From IMG/VR virus record IMGVR_UViG_3300025759_000090, positions 852 through 64,851 of that record: a DNA stretch of 64,000 nucleotides. One strand, written 5' to 3'. Source of the stretch: a virus (taxonomy: Duplodnaviria > Caudoviricetes). The notes under the pieces are model-generated. The model had not been told where the DNA came from. It ran no database searches and saw only the letters and a program-made list of their open reading frames with translations. The position numbers were made by a program, and so were the translations under genes. This document shows, piece by piece, positions 18,254-29,348 of the stretch; within the stretch, counting starts at the first letter, position 1; every line of letters starts with the position of its first letter.

Positions 18254-19066
18254 ATGACAAATGTAAAACCAAAAATGCAAGTAACAAAAAACGATGAATA
18301 CCCACGCCATGACGGAAATAAACCCAAGACAATTTCTGCTGTAAGAAAAGTAAAATGCAGCAGATGTGGTGGGGGCGGTAGAATGCCTTTCAGAATTGAC
18401 GGTGGTAGATGTTGGGGATGCTTCTCATCAGGAACAGTAAACAACTCATATCGAAAGTGGATTTTTCCTCAAACATGGAATGGAAAAGATTGCACCCAAT
18501 GGCTTCTTGAGCGTCAAGCAAATCTTGACGAAAAAAGAGCGAAGAAACAAGCAGAAATTAAAGCAAAAACAATGACTAGAGTATTACACGCTAGAAAAAT
18601 AAATGATGACAAATTAGTAGATTTAATTGGCTTAACTGTTGAGGAACTTTCTTCTGAATTATCTTGGAATAATTTTGTTACAGATGTATGTGCTAAAGCA
18701 AATAATTTCCAACTAACACAGGGTCAACTCAATGCTCTTGCTAAATCATACCGAAAGCATACAGATAGACAACAACAGAAGCAAGCAAAAATAGATTCTA
18801 TGGTAGAAGTACCAACAGGTAGAAACGACATCACAGGAACTATTGTTAGTGTTAAAATTGCTGAAACAGAGTTTGGTACAACTGCAAAGATGTTGGTAGA
18901 AGTAGATGGATTCAAAATCTTCGGTTCTGTTCCGAAATCTATTTGGATAAATGAAGAAAGCCTAAGAGAATTAGTTGGCAAAACTGTTCAATTTTCAGCA
19001 ACATTACAACCTAAAGAATTAGGATTTGGATTCTTTAGCAGACCTACCAAAGCAAAATTAATTTGA
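18254..19066 (+). CDS. zinc-knuckle protein with probable C-terminal OB fold
   Basis: CSRCGGGG...CWGC; C-terminal ITGTIVSVK...VQFSATL; GGAGATGA RBS. Confidence 0.65.
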   Translation: MTNVKPKMQVTKNDEYPRHDGNKPKTISAVRKVKCSRCGGGGRMPFRIDGGRCWGCFSSGTVNNSYRKWIFPQTWNGKDCTQWLLERQANLDEKRAKKQAEIKAKTMTRVLHARKINDDKLVDLIGLTVEELSSELSWNNFVTDVCAKANNFQLTQGQLNALAKSYRKHTDRQQQKQAKIDSMVEVPTGRNDITGTIVSVKIAETEFGTTAKMLVEVDGFKIFGSVPKSIWINEESLRELVGKTVQFSATLQPKELGFGFFSRPTKAKLI

Positions 19067-19102
19067 GTCCATTCATAACGGTGGGATTTCCCATCATTTT
19101 CT

Positions 19103-20464
19103 ATGGCTAAAGCGAAGTCAAAGAAATTGAGAATCCTGTGGGGTTCTGAGCAACCAACTCGACCAACAGGATATGGAACTGTAACTAGAGAAATCTGCAA
19201 ACGATTAGTTGAAAGAGGACATGAAGTTTTCATAATCGGATGGGATTACAATGGTGAAGATTTCAAACACGAAGAAGGCTGGACTTTAGTTCATGCTGGG
19301 ATTTCAGGATATGGTGCTGAGAGATTAAGTGGCGACCATAGCCCAACTGTTTTGGAATATCATTTGGCTAGATTACAACCCGATTTATATCTGACATTGA
19401 ATGACCCATTTTATATTGGTTCATCTGTTGTCAGCACCAATAAAATGAATGTTCCATATGTTGCATATATGCCGATTGATGGATATCCAATTTCATATGC
19501 TTGGAAGGATGTTTTGAAAATGCTTCATACTCCACTTTGGATGGCAAAATTTGGAAAATCTGTATTTACTGACTTTGTGAATGAATATAGTAGTGCTGGA
19601 AATGCCGATAAGACGCTCAGGGATGCTATGTTAGACCGTTATAGGGGGAATGAGGGGGATATACTGTTACATGGCGTAGAAACGTCTGTATTTGCCCCTA
19701 TATCGGAAAAGAAAAAGGAAGAGACTAAGCAGATGTGGGGAATATCTCATTGGGATTACATTTTTTGTTCAGTTGGAAGAAATACAAATCGAAAACAAAT
19801 CCCAAGATTATTAGAAGCATTCAGAAAGTTTCTCGATGAAGTAGATGACCCTGATTCTGTTGGACTTCTACTTCATTGTGGTGATGCATCAGATACGATG
19901 GGAATGGGGGGTTGGGATTTACCATTAACTTTGAATCAAATGGGATTAACAAAAAATGTCAGATTTACAGACAAAGGCAACAATCCATTGATGGGATTAT
20001 CAAGAGAAGAATTAGCACTCGTCTATGGTATCTCAGATGTTCATGTTTTAGCAACAGGTGGAGAAGGCTTTGGAGTTCCAAGTGCAGAAGCAATGTCATG
20101 TGGAATCCCAATCATACTTCCTGACAACAGCACAGGTTCAGAATTGACAGGCGGAATCTTACCGGAAGGAAAATCATATGTTGAAGCCAACAGGGGATGG
20201 TTGGTGAAATGCATCACTTCGATTTGCGGTGGAAAGTGGTCAGTCAATATGGGATTGGTGGATGTTGATGCTTTGAAATCTGCAATGATTGAATCATATG
20301 AAAATGAAGATTTGAGAAAAGAACTTGGAAGAAATGCAAGAGACTTCGCAATCGAAAATCTTGATTGGGAAATTATAGTTGACCAAACAGAAAAAATACT
20401 ATCCAAGGCCGCCAATACTAAACACCCACTTGGTAAACATTCAACAATGGGAATGAGGCGATAA
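19103..20464 (+). CDS. GT-B (family 4) glycosyltransferase
   Basis: TGYG N-terminus, HGVETSVF, VGRN..RK and EGFGVPSAEAMSCGIP. Confidence 0.9.
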   Translation: MAKAKSKKLRILWGSEQPTRPTGYGTVTREICKRLVERGHEVFIIGWDYNGEDFKHEEGWTLVHAGISGYGAERLSGDHSPTVLEYHLARLQPDLYLTLNDPFYIGSSVVSTNKMNVPYVAYMPIDGYPISYAWKDVLKMLHTPLWMAKFGKSVFTDFVNEYSSAGNADKTLRDAMLDRYRGNEGDILLHGVETSVFAPISEKKKEETKQMWGISHWDYIFCSVGRNTNRKQIPRLLEAFRKFLDEVDDPDSVGLLLHCGDASDTMGMGGWDLPLTLNQMGLTKNVRFTDKGNNPLMGLSREELALVYGISDVHVLATGGEGFGVPSAEAMSCGIPIILPDNSTGSELTGGILPEGKSYVEANRGWLVKCITSICGGKWSVNMGLVDVDALKSAMIESYENEDLRKELGRNARDFAIENLDWEIIVDQTEKILSKAANTKHPLGKHSTMGMRR

Positions 20465-20465
20465 A

Positions 20466-20801
20466 GTGAGTAAGAAAAACAAAGTAATTACCTGTGGTCA
20501 TAAATGGAGATGTGTCTGCGAACATCACAATCTTAGATGTATAATTCCTGTTGATTTTCCACAGGGAGATTCACGTTTGAGATTCGTTTCTGAACTACAA
20601 AGAATGGGTGCTGAAAAACATACGAAAGATTCTGAACATAGATGTGAATTATGTGAAAAAGAAAGACAAGATGGAAGAAGGGCTGGGTATTATCAGAAAG
20701 ACCCAAAAGACGGAAAAGTGAAACCAAAGATTCTGATTGAAAGATTAGAAAAAGAACGTGAAGCAAAGCGGAAATACAAACAATCTAAGCGAGACAGTTA
20801 A
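20466..20801 (+). CDS. basic Cys/His-rich hypothetical protein
   Basis: 111-aa ORF starting 2 nt after the glycosyltransferase stop. Confidence 0.55.
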   Translation: MSKKNKVITCGHKWRCVCEHHNLRCIIPVDFPQGDSRLRFVSELQRMGAEKHTKDSEHRCELCEKERQDGRRAGYYQKDPKDGKVKPKILIERLEKEREAKRKYKQSKRDS

Positions 20802-20827
20802 TAGCCCCATAAGAAGAGGTTTTGGAT

Positions 20828-21241
20828 ATGGCAGTTCACGCATTCACAGGTGTAACAGGCAAGATAACAGTTTCAGGAAGCGTAGTAGGGTTTGTTAGTG
20901 GTGATTTATCATTAGCAGTAGCGACAGGAAAATATGTTACTCTTGGTGGCAACACAGCAACAGCAAATACAAGAGGATTGAAATCAGTTTCAGGTACACT
21001 AAAATATGCTTGGGGAATAACTGACTCAACACTTTACACTTATTTCAATACTGATGCTGAATTCGATATAGAGTTTGAAGCAGCAAATGATGGTGCAAGC
21101 CCCCCTGTCGGACTACACACATATACTGCTTCAACTTGCGTATTTACAGATATGTCAATCGAAGGATTAGAAGCAGGTTCAGAAGGTGCTTTAATGATTA
21201 ATGCTTCTTTTGAGGGTTTGGATTGGTCGAGAGTTGCTTAA
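20828..21241 (+). CDS. major tail tube protein
   Basis: Size, beta-rich G/T/S composition, and position before the chaperone and tape measure genes. Confidence 0.7.
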   Translation: MAVHAFTGVTGKITVSGSVVGFVSGDLSLAVATGKYVTLGGNTATANTRGLKSVSGTLKYAWGITDSTLYTYFNTDAEFDIEFEAANDGASPPVGLHTYTASTCVFTDMSIEGLEAGSEGALMINASFEGLDWSRVA

Positions 21242-21308
21242 GCCTCAAATACCACTTCATTCATAACGGTGGGAAATCTGATTTTACAGATAATAAGAGG
21301 CGAAAAAT

Positions 21309-21641
21309 ATGTCATGGCTCGATTCCGCAATTGAACAAGCAAACAACCCGATTGATGTTGATGTTTCAGGTCTTGGATTATCAGAAGATATTATCCAAGC
21401 GAAACCACTATCAGCAGCAGAATTTCAGGTTCTCAAAGCAGAACCCGAAATCGCAAGATTATCAGGAGAAGATAGAAACGAATTACTTGGTTTACGAACC
21501 GTTTATGAAATGTTATCCAAGTGCGATAAATCATTATCTTGGGGCAAGTTCAGACAACTTCCAATGCAGTTACTTGGAGAGTTGGCAACAAGAGTTACAG
21601 CAGCAGTTGGAACAGGCCAAGACGGTGCTTTGGGAAAATAA
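21309..21641 (+). CDS. tail assembly chaperone (gpG-like)
   Basis: Lies between tail tube and tape measure; ends in slippery G-GGA-AAA. Confidence 0.75.
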   Translation: MSWLDSAIEQANNPIDVDVSGLGLSEDIIQAKPLSAAEFQVLKAEPEIARLSGEDRNELLGLRTVYEMLSKCDKSLSWGKFRQLPMQLLGELATRVTAAVGTGQDGALGK

Positions 21642-21808
21642 TAGATTACTCCAAATCAGACGAAGGACAATTTCTTTTTCAGATATTGACCGAAACAGGA
21701 ATAACCCCTCAAGAATGGCGACAACTAGACCCAAGAGATTCTATGTTTCTTTGGTCGGCTTTTGCAGAAAAAGTAAGGCGGCAATATGAGAGGCAACAAG
21801 GTAGGTGA
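21632..21808 (+). CDS. -1 frameshift extension of the tail chaperone (gpGT-like)
   Basis: GGGAAAA at 21632-21638; the -1 frame is open to 21808 (GITPQEWRQLDPRD). Confidence 0.75.
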   Translation, partial: GKIIDYSKSDEGQFLFQILTETGITPQEWRQLDPRDSMFLWSAFAEKVRRQYERQQGR

Positions 21809-21812
21809 ATAG

Positions 21813-24035
21813 ATGGCTAAAGATGTAAAAATGTCAGTAGTCATTGAAGGTAATTCAAAACAATTACAGGCAGCAATGGCGGCTGCTGCTGCTTCATCTG
21901 ATTCTGCCGGAAAAACAATTACATCCTCATTGAAAAAAATAGGCAAATCTATGGCTAAAGCAAGTGTAGCAGCAGTAACATTAGGTGCAGCAATTACAGG
22001 AGTTTTTGTCAAAAAATCAGTTAGCACATTTTTAGAGTTTGAAGTTGCTATGGCAAGGATGGGTGCAACTCTCGGTGAAACAAGTGAAATCACAGGAGAA
22101 CTCAATGAAAATATGGATGGTCTTGAATCTGTAATCAGGAACATAGCGGCTCAATCTTCTGCTACTGCTACACAGGTAGCACAGGCTGGTAACGTACTTG
22201 CTCTAGCGGGTCTTAGCCTAGAAGAATTGGGTACAGAAACAGAAGGTGCAATCAAGAGTTTAGTTCAGTTTTCAGTTGTTGCTGGAACTGATGTTGAAAC
22301 TGCTGCTGGAATTGTAATTTCTGCTGTCAAAGGTATGGGTCTTGAGATTGCAGATATGGATAGAGTAATGGATGTTTTTGTTGCTACTATGACATCATCA
22401 TTTACAGACTTACAATCTCTTGGAATGTCAATGAAATTTCTTGCCCCAACAGCACAGGCGGCTGGACTTTCTATTGAAGAAATGGCAGCAGCAGTTGGTG
22501 CATTGGGAGATGCAGGTTTGCAGGGTACAATTGCTGGTACAGGATTGAGAATGTCAATTAACAAGTTGTTGAGTCCAACAGATGATGCAAGAAGAGTCAT
22601 GGATAGACTCGGATTGAACTTCCTAACTTTGACCCCTGCTGGTCAATCAGCCGATGCAGCATTAAGAGCAGTTTCAGCAACAATTACTCAGACTAAAATT
22701 GATGTTGAAAGAACATCATTTGCACTTGATATTCTAAATGGAAAATTAGAAGATTTGTCAATTGAACAACAATCTAATTCTCTCGCAATAATGCAGATTA
22801 GAGCAAGGGCTGAACGTCAGGGAAGAGAACTAACTGAAACAGAAATAAAAAGAATTGAAAGATTAGAAATGGCTAACAAAAGTTTGGCTGTTGAACAAGC
22901 ATCAGTTGCACTTGAACAAAGGATTGCTCAAAGAGAAAATAAGAAGTTTACAGATAGTCTGAAAGAACAGGAAAAACAGTTCTCAGAAAACAAAGATATT
23001 GTTGAATCTCAAACTATGGGATTAACATCTTTGGTTGACGTAATTAATCAGTTAGAAGCAGCAGGTGCAACAACAGCAGAAGTGCTAGAAATATTCTCAG
23101 TTCGTGGTGGTACTGCTATCATGGCTTTACAGGGTCAACGTGAAGGATTTTTGAATCTGATTGACGTTACAAATAATGCAGATGGTGCAACTCAAAGATA
23201 TCTACAAACCATGAAAACAACTTCTGATTTCCAACTGAAAGTTGTTGCTTCATCCTTTGAAGAAACAAGACTTGTAGTTGGTGAATTATTTGCTGAATTA
23301 ATTGGTCTTGCAGATGCTAATGATGGCAAGATTTCTAACTCACTAATCCGAGTATCAGAAACACTACGAGAAAATACTGACCAATGGATTGCTTTGAGAG
23401 ATGCAATTGAAAGAGATATTTTACCTTTGATTGCCGGATTACCTGATTTAGTAGATAGAATGATGGTTTCTTTTGATTTAGCAGTTCCTTTTATTAGAGC
23501 ATTCGGGAATATAATGAGAGTTCTTGGATTCCTTTTGAAACCTGTATTCTTTATACTTGATGCAATTGCTACTGCTATTAAAGAGTTAGAAAGTAGTAAA
23601 ATTGGTAAAGTAGTTAGTTCGACATTAACGGGTGCAATATCGGGTGCAGTTGGTGGTGCAATGGTTGGTGGTGGAATCTTTAGTGTTCCATCATCAGTAA
23701 TTGGTGGTGTTGGTGGTGGATTGATTGCTGGTGGTGTAGAAGCAAATGAACAATATTTCCATAGGGGCGGTGTTGCCACATCAGCAACAAGAGGGGTCTT
23801 TGGTGAAGCAGGTCGAGAAGCACTTGTTCCACTAGACCAATATGATATGTCAATAAGTAAGAAATCAGGAATGAATACGGGTTCTCAATCGAATAGTGGA
23901 TTAACCCTCAATTTTGAGAGTATAACTATCAATGGCGGGGGAAGTATGACAGCAGGTGATGTTCGGTCTATAATTAGTGCAGAAATGCCTAAAATCGTCA
24001 AGCAATCATATAGAGGGGCAAGGGGGGTATTCTAA
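21813..24035 (+). CDS. tail tape measure protein (TP901-like)
   Basis: A-rich helical protein with LGDAGLQGTIAGTGLR core; C-terminal GEAGREALVPL. Confidence 0.9.
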   Translation: MAKDVKMSVVIEGNSKQLQAAMAAAAASSDSAGKTITSSLKKIGKSMAKASVAAVTLGAAITGVFVKKSVSTFLEFEVAMARMGATLGETSEITGELNENMDGLESVIRNIAAQSSATATQVAQAGNVLALAGLSLEELGTETEGAIKSLVQFSVVAGTDVETAAGIVISAVKGMGLEIADMDRVMDVFVATMTSSFTDLQSLGMSMKFLAPTAQAAGLSIEEMAAAVGALGDAGLQGTIAGTGLRMSINKLLSPTDDARRVMDRLGLNFLTLTPAGQSADAALRAVSATITQTKIDVERTSFALDILNGKLEDLSIEQQSNSLAIMQIRARAERQGRELTETEIKRIERLEMANKSLAVEQASVALEQRIAQRENKKFTDSLKEQEKQFSENKDIVESQTMGLTSLVDVINQLEAAGATTAEVLEIFSVRGGTAIMALQGQREGFLNLIDVTNNADGATQRYLQTMKTTSDFQLKVVASSFEETRLVVGELFAELIGLADANDGKISNSLIRVSETLRENTDQWIALRDAIERDILPLIAGLPDLVDRMMVSFDLAVPFIRAFGNIMRVLGFLLKPVFFILDAIATAIKELESSKIGKVVSSTLTGAISGAVGGAMVGGGIFSVPSSVIGGVGGGLIAGGVEANEQYFHRGGVATSATRGVFGEAGREALVPLDQYDMSISKKSGMNTGSQSNSGLTLNFESITINGGGSMTAGDVRSIISAEMPKIVKQSYRGARGVF

Positions 24036-27000
24036 TGGCTTCAATCAAACAAGATATTACAAAAACATTCTCAAGAATGGGTAACGGATTAGTAGAATTA
24101 CAACGATGGTTTCCCGTCTATATCAAGAATGATGGAGTCGGTGGTATCTCAGTTGACCCTGTGCTTTATCGAACTAATTTTGGAAACAAAACACCCGAAG
24201 ATGAAGGTGGTCTAAATGATGAGTCAAATACTGCTGGTGTAAGAGTCGAAGTCATTGATGATGATGGCTCTACAATGTCAGGAACTTACACCCTGACAAT
24301 CTCAGGTTCAGGAACACATACACCACTTGCAGAAGTCAACTACAATGGAACTTCTTACAACTTTATGCTGATAGCCCCAACATCTCCTTCTGCATCAACA
24401 GATGGCATTTACGGATATTCAAGTGGGCTAGTTATTGAGAATGCAGGTGCATCTCATTCTTCGGGATTATCTTCAAGCCCAACTATGGTGTTTATGACCG
24501 TTCAAGAGTTTGCTGAAATGTTAGACACTTACAGACATATTGGGGCAACAAGTAAAGATGCAACAAAACCAGCATTCTTGCCACATGGTTTGACGGGAAG
24601 AACGGTAGCAAGTGCATCAGCAAATCCTTTGATGAATGCTGACCCAAGATTGAGTTCTAGTGGTCTAAATAAAGCATCAGCATTGTATGGAAATCAACAC
24701 AAAGTTAGAGCAACGGTTTTCATGCCTATGATGTTAGATAATAATCAATTTGACAAAAGAATAGCAAATGCAGAAGTTGGTTTTTCATATCCAAGAAGGG
24801 ATGGTGTTTCAGGGTTTACAGGTTACAAAGCAAACACAATAACAAGATATAATTCTGACCCAAATACTGCTGGAATCAGATACAAAGAAGTTGGATATTC
24901 AGGCGACCACAAAACGGGTGCTATTGGTGCTTGGTCTATGCAACGACAAGCAACTGTTTCAGCAGATGGTATTAATCATACGATTCATGCAAACTCAGGC
25001 GGTGGTAATTATTATGAACAAGTTGGATATGCAAATGCAGATACTTCTCCTGATTCTGCTGCTGCTTTGAATCCAAAATATAGAATGAGAATGGCTCTTG
25101 CTTGTTTTCTAAAAGATGGAACTTACACACTAAATGATGGTGGCACTATAATCCCATATATCTATGATGCAGATAGAACAATTGGTGGTGTTAATTCTCA
25201 AACACTTTACGCTGTTTGGGATGGGAAAAATGGTTATGGTAATTCTCAACCCGTAGCAGATGATTGTGATGCTCAGATTTATCCAATGTTCGACTTTGTT
25301 CAAGGGATTGTTTCACCAGCATCACAGGGAAATAATTTCGATATTTCTTCTAATGAAATGGAACACGTTATGTTTCCATTAATTGAAGATGACCAACCAC
25401 TAACAGGTGGTGGTGCTGTAACTGATAAATTAATTCAGCCAAGACAATATTTGGTCAGACCAAATCCCAAAAGAGCAGAAATATTTGCTGTTCAAAAAAC
25501 ATCTGCTGGAATCCTCAGAATCTACATTACAGCAGCATCAGTAACAAGTAATTTTAGAGGCGGTCATGGAATGCCTATTTACATCTCAGGGTTAGGTGGA
25601 ACATTAGGCACAGCGAATACTAGCAATGCAAGATGGAATGCAGAAGTAGATACTGCGACAGGGGATGATTCGTCAACAAACAATGGAAATGACATTGACC
25701 ATAATGGCTGGTGGATTATGGATAGGATTTCACAAGTTACAACAGGAACAATAGATGGTGTTTCAGGAACTAAAACATATCAAATGATTGACGTTAGAAT
25801 TGGTTTGGGTGTATTCGGTGGTTCAGGAAAATCCACATATGAAACAACGGGCTATGTCTGTCAAGGAAGATTACATGGTGCTGAACTTCCTAATGGTTCA
25901 CAAACCACACCAGCAAATCTCTATGGCTTCGATGAATCTTGGCAGAAAACAACACGCATTCCACAGACAGGAATGTGGCCGATTGGTATGTCTCAGCCCG
26001 ACTCAAATTGCCCCAAAGGTGGTTCAACAGATTCAACATATCCAAGTAGGCCAACTCAATTTTCTCCCCAACAAAAAAATGCTGATGGAGTATATGTTTT
26101 AGGCTCAACTCAAACTCCAAGAAGTATATCAATTAGAGATGAAGGAGATTCTATTTTTCTTGCTTCTCCAACTACTTCAAGTGTGGGTGGTGGAGTTCTA
26201 AGAATACCACCACCGATAGGATGGGATTTAGCATCAGTATATTATTCTTCGACAGCAACAACTCCGACTACCTACACAAAAGATTGGGATTGGACTGATA
26301 CTGCTTCTACACTTGATGGTCTGCCTACATCTCGATGGGGGTTCAGGGGTGTCAATATACCCTTTTGGTCTTTCATAGATGGATTGACGGGAAGGCATGG
26401 TTGGGATGTAACAAAACCTGACGGTTGGGCTTATGGAAGAAATAGACCATTCCCAGCACATGAGAGAGTTGGAACAAGAGCAGGTTATTCTCCTTCATTA
26501 TACGCTGATGCTGGTCTAAATGGTTGGGGCGTTTCTGCTGGAACTAATACACTAGCATCGGGTGCAGAATCAACAAAGATTGGACTATCAGAAATGGGTT
26601 GTTCTCCAATATGGTTAGACATGGAAATGAAGGCTTTTATTCCGATTCAAAAAGATAGGCTTCTTTTGATTGAGTTTGACAATGGAGTTACGTTTGGAAA
26701 AACAGGCCGACATTCGATGCTAACTCACGGTGGAACAAACAATTTCCTTCAAGGTCATGGCTTCTATTCAATATGGGATGGATTGGGTATTCAAACTCAT
26801 CCGATAGCAACCAAAGTTAATCTGTTTGGTCAAGCAGATAGTAATTCATCTTATGCTGTGAATAGGCCGACAATTTGGGCTTGGGGAACAGATACAGAAT
26901 GGTTCACAAATAAGTGGATTAGTAGTGATGAAAATCTATTTCCAACTGACCCATCAGCAAACCCAGCAATACGACCAAGTGGTGCTAAAGGAACAGCAAT

Positions 27001-28723
27001 TGGTGGTAATAATGGTTGGGGAAGTTTAGGAAATCTTTACGGCTACGGAACACCTAGAACCATGTCAGAAGGAATGCACACAATCAGGACAGTTTTTACT
27101 GAGGCTGGAATGACTTACATCCTTGATGGAACAACAGTTGGAACAGATACTAATTCAGCAAATGCAGTATGGGGAATGACAATAAAAATTGGAGATTCTA
27201 TGGGATTGATGAATCCTGTATTAACCCCTATTGCTGTTAATAATAATGCAGGTCAATTAGTAGCACCAACAAGACCCAATTTGAACGTCAGTCAAGCAGA
27301 TTTACAAATTGACGAAATCATTCTTCGTCAGATTCCAACAAAACCAATGCTACCATTTACAGTTGATTCGATGAAACAACAAATCACAAACGTGGCAAGA
27401 TACAATTCTTTAGATGTTGAAGTCAACAATGTAGATACGAGTAAAGGGATGAATATCACAGCAACTTTGCTTGAGCCACCAACATCAACACAAAATGGAA
27501 TTGAGATTGAGGCTTCGACTGTGATTTCAGGATATGATAATGTTGACCTCAACATCTTAGGTGGGTTCGGAACTTTGGATTTGTCAAACCTTCCAGCAAC
27601 AGCATTGACTAATGGTTTCGTAATCAGATTCAATTTTTACATTCCTGATAATACTCAAACTGAATATCATCCAATTGATTGGAATAAAATTCCGATTGTC
27701 AGAAATTGGTCAATCAATTATGATATCAAACCCGATGCAACTTTGACTTGCACAGGTAACACATTCAATGGAGATGTAACTCCACCAATCAATACAAAAA
27801 TAGGAAATATTGTTTCTTTCAGAATTGGTGCTGCAACTACTGATTCAGATAGAACAATATCATCTGTAAAAATAGATTTTGGAGATGGTTCTGAAAGTGG
27901 ATGGATAGATGTTGCAGACCAAACTTTGACATCAACAACTTACGATGTTTCTCATGTATATACGGGTGCGGGAACAAAGTCAGCAGTAGCATATGTCAAA
28001 GACGATAAAGGAAACATTAGTGATGCTTCTACGGCTATTTCAGTAGTGATTGCAGAAGGACTTCCTGTTGCAGTTCTTAGAGCAAGTCCAGCACTAATTT
28101 ATGCAGGTCAAACAATAACACTTGATGCATCAAGTTCATACTTAGTTTCTACAACATCAGGAATCAATATTGCATCATATGTTTTCAATAGTGGTGTAAG
28201 CGGTGCAAGTGATGTATCTCAATCAGGTTCATCATTACAAGTTACTTATTCTGCTGCTGGTGAATATGCAGCAACACTTCAAGTCAAAGATAATCAAAGC
28301 CCTGTAAATACTTCATCAACATCAACTGTTGTTGTCAAAGTTTTACCAGCAAATACAGCAATAGATTTGTTTGCTAATTTGAACACAAGACCAAGTGGTT
28401 TTACTGCAAAGAGAAGTGCAAATATAACTGCTGTTTCTGTTTTGGATTCTGAATATCCTGATGTTACAGATATGGGTACTAGAGATGAAAGATTTACTCT
28501 AACAGGTTCATTCTTGAAGGCAACAGCAACAACTGATATCTTGCAGATGGAGACATATATTTCTGACGGAACATTGTTGTTCATTGAATGGGAAACTACG
28601 AATTGGGCTGGTCAATCTTCGGTACAAAGATTCACAGGAAGAATGATTGATTTCGATTATGAAAGAGAAGGTGGTAGGCATGGAGAAACACCATACACAG
28701 CAACCTTCCAAATAGCATCTTGA
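24035..28723 (+). CDS. large tail/baseplate protein with C-terminal PKD (Ig-like) domains
   Basis: 1562 aa after the tape measure gene; IDFGDG...SHVY and ITLDASSS...YSAAGEYAATLQVKD PKD signatures. Confidence 0.75.
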   Translation: MASIKQDITKTFSRMGNGLVELQRWFPVYIKNDGVGGISVDPVLYRTNFGNKTPEDEGGLNDESNTAGVRVEVIDDDGSTMSGTYTLTISGSGTHTPLAEVNYNGTSYNFMLIAPTSPSASTDGIYGYSSGLVIENAGASHSSGLSSSPTMVFMTVQEFAEMLDTYRHIGATSKDATKPAFLPHGLTGRTVASASANPLMNADPRLSSSGLNKASALYGNQHKVRATVFMPMMLDNNQFDKRIANAEVGFSYPRRDGVSGFTGYKANTITRYNSDPNTAGIRYKEVGYSGDHKTGAIGAWSMQRQATVSADGINHTIHANSGGGNYYEQVGYANADTSPDSAAALNPKYRMRMALACFLKDGTYTLNDGGTIIPYIYDADRTIGGVNSQTLYAVWDGKNGYGNSQPVADDCDAQIYPMFDFVQGIVSPASQGNNFDISSNEMEHVMFPLIEDDQPLTGGGAVTDKLIQPRQYLVRPNPKRAEIFAVQKTSAGILRIYITAASVTSNFRGGHGMPIYISGLGGTLGTANTSNARWNAEVDTATGDDSSTNNGNDIDHNGWWIMDRISQVTTGTIDGVSGTKTYQMIDVRIGLGVFGGSGKSTYETTGYVCQGRLHGAELPNGSQTTPANLYGFDESWQKTTRIPQTGMWPIGMSQPDSNCPKGGSTDSTYPSRPTQFSPQQKNADGVYVLGSTQTPRSISIRDEGDSIFLASPTTSSVGGGVLRIPPPIGWDLASVYYSSTATTPTTYTKDWDWTDTASTLDGLPTSRWGFRGVNIPFWSFIDGLTGRHGWDVTKPDGWAYGRNRPFPAHERVGTRAGYSPSLYADAGLNGWGVSAGTNTLASGAESTKIGLSEMGCSPIWLDMEMKAFIPIQKDRLLLIEFDNGVTFGKTGRHSMLTHGGTNNFLQGHGFYSIWDGLGIQTHPIATKVNLFGQADSNSSYAVNRPTIWAWGTDTEWFTNKWISSDENLFPTDPSANPAIRPSGAKGTAIGGNNGWGSLGNLYGYGTPRTMSEGMHTIRTVFTEAGMTYILDGTTVGTDTNSANAVWGMTIKIGDSMGLMNPVLTPIAVNNNAGQLVAPTRPNLNVSQADLQIDEIILRQIPTKPMLPFTVDSMKQQITNVARYNSLDVEVNNVDTSKGMNITATLLEPPTSTQNGIEIEASTVISGYDNVDLNILGGFGTLDLSNLPATALTNGFVIRFNFYIPDNTQTEYHPIDWNKIPIVRNWSINYDIKPDATLTCTGNTFNGDVTPPINTKIGNIVSFRIGAATTDSDRTISSVKIDFGDGSESGWIDVADQTLTSTTYDVSHVYTGAGTKSAVAYVKDDKGNISDASTAISVVIAEGLPVAVLRASPALIYAGQTITLDASSSYLVSTTSGINIASYVFNSGVSGASDVSQSGSSLQVTYSAAGEYAATLQVKDNQSPVNTSSTSTVVVKVLPANTAIDLFANLNTRPSGFTAKRSANITAVSVLDSEYPDVTDMGTRDERFTLTGSFLKATATTDILQMETYISDGTLLFIEWETTNWAGQSSVQRFTGRMIDFDYEREGGRHGETPYTATFQIAS

Positions 28724-28766
28724 TAAAACGGTTCATTGATAACGGTGGGAGAAAAAAGGTAGTATC

Positions 28767-29135
28767 ATGGGAATAGACCGGATAGACGATGATATGTATG
28801 ACAAAATAAAATTAGATGTGATGAAATATCACATTCAATATACCTTACAAATTACTGCTGATAAACTTGCAGAAGCGGGGAAAACATTGGGTGATTTACC
28901 AATACCTTCTGTTGAAGATATAGGAAATGCAGCATTCGCAGAATTACTTAACGCATCGTCTCAACAAAACCAAACATTGAAAGAAATAACAGAAGAAGAA
29001 GGATATTCAACATCAGCCCCAAACGTAATTCTTCGATATGATGAAAGTGATAAGAGAGATTTCAGTAAAATATTTCGTGAATCAATTATTGCTGCTGTAA
29101 GTAATGTCAAAACATTTTCAGATAAGTTTGCCTGA
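28767..29135 (+). CDS. hypothetical protein
   Basis: GGTGGG promoter 23 nt upstream. Confidence 0.65.
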   Translation: MGIDRIDDDMYDKIKLDVMKYHIQYTLQITADKLAEAGKTLGDLPIPSVEDIGNAAFAELLNASSQQNQTLKEITEEEGYSTSAPNVILRYDESDKRDFSKIFRESIIAAVSNVKTFSDKFA

Positions 29136-29223
29136 TATTCTGTAAGAATAGTCAGATAGAGAATATTGATAAAGGGAAACCCCTTCGGACACATTGCGAA
29201 AACACGCAACGGAGATGAAAAAT

Positions 29224-29310
29224 ATGACAACAACAGGAATAAATGGATGCTATGAAGATGCAAATGGAAACTATTGGTACAATGGAGAACAAGTAACTTT
29301 TGAGTATTGA
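29224..29310 (+). CDS. 28-aa peptide (MTTTGINGCYEDANGNYWYNGEQVTFEY)
   Basis: GGGAA-class promoter at 29166 and GGAGATGA RBS. Confidence 0.5.
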   Translation: MTTTGINGCYEDANGNYWYNGEQVTFEY

Positions 29311-29348
29311 ATAAATGAATGAAGGAAATAAAAAAGGAGATGAAAAAA

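Noticed and set aside
21223-21789. 188-aa ORF overlapping the tail chaperone
   Set aside because: It is an alternative frame over the gpG/gpGT-like pair, which synteny and the slippery site explain better.
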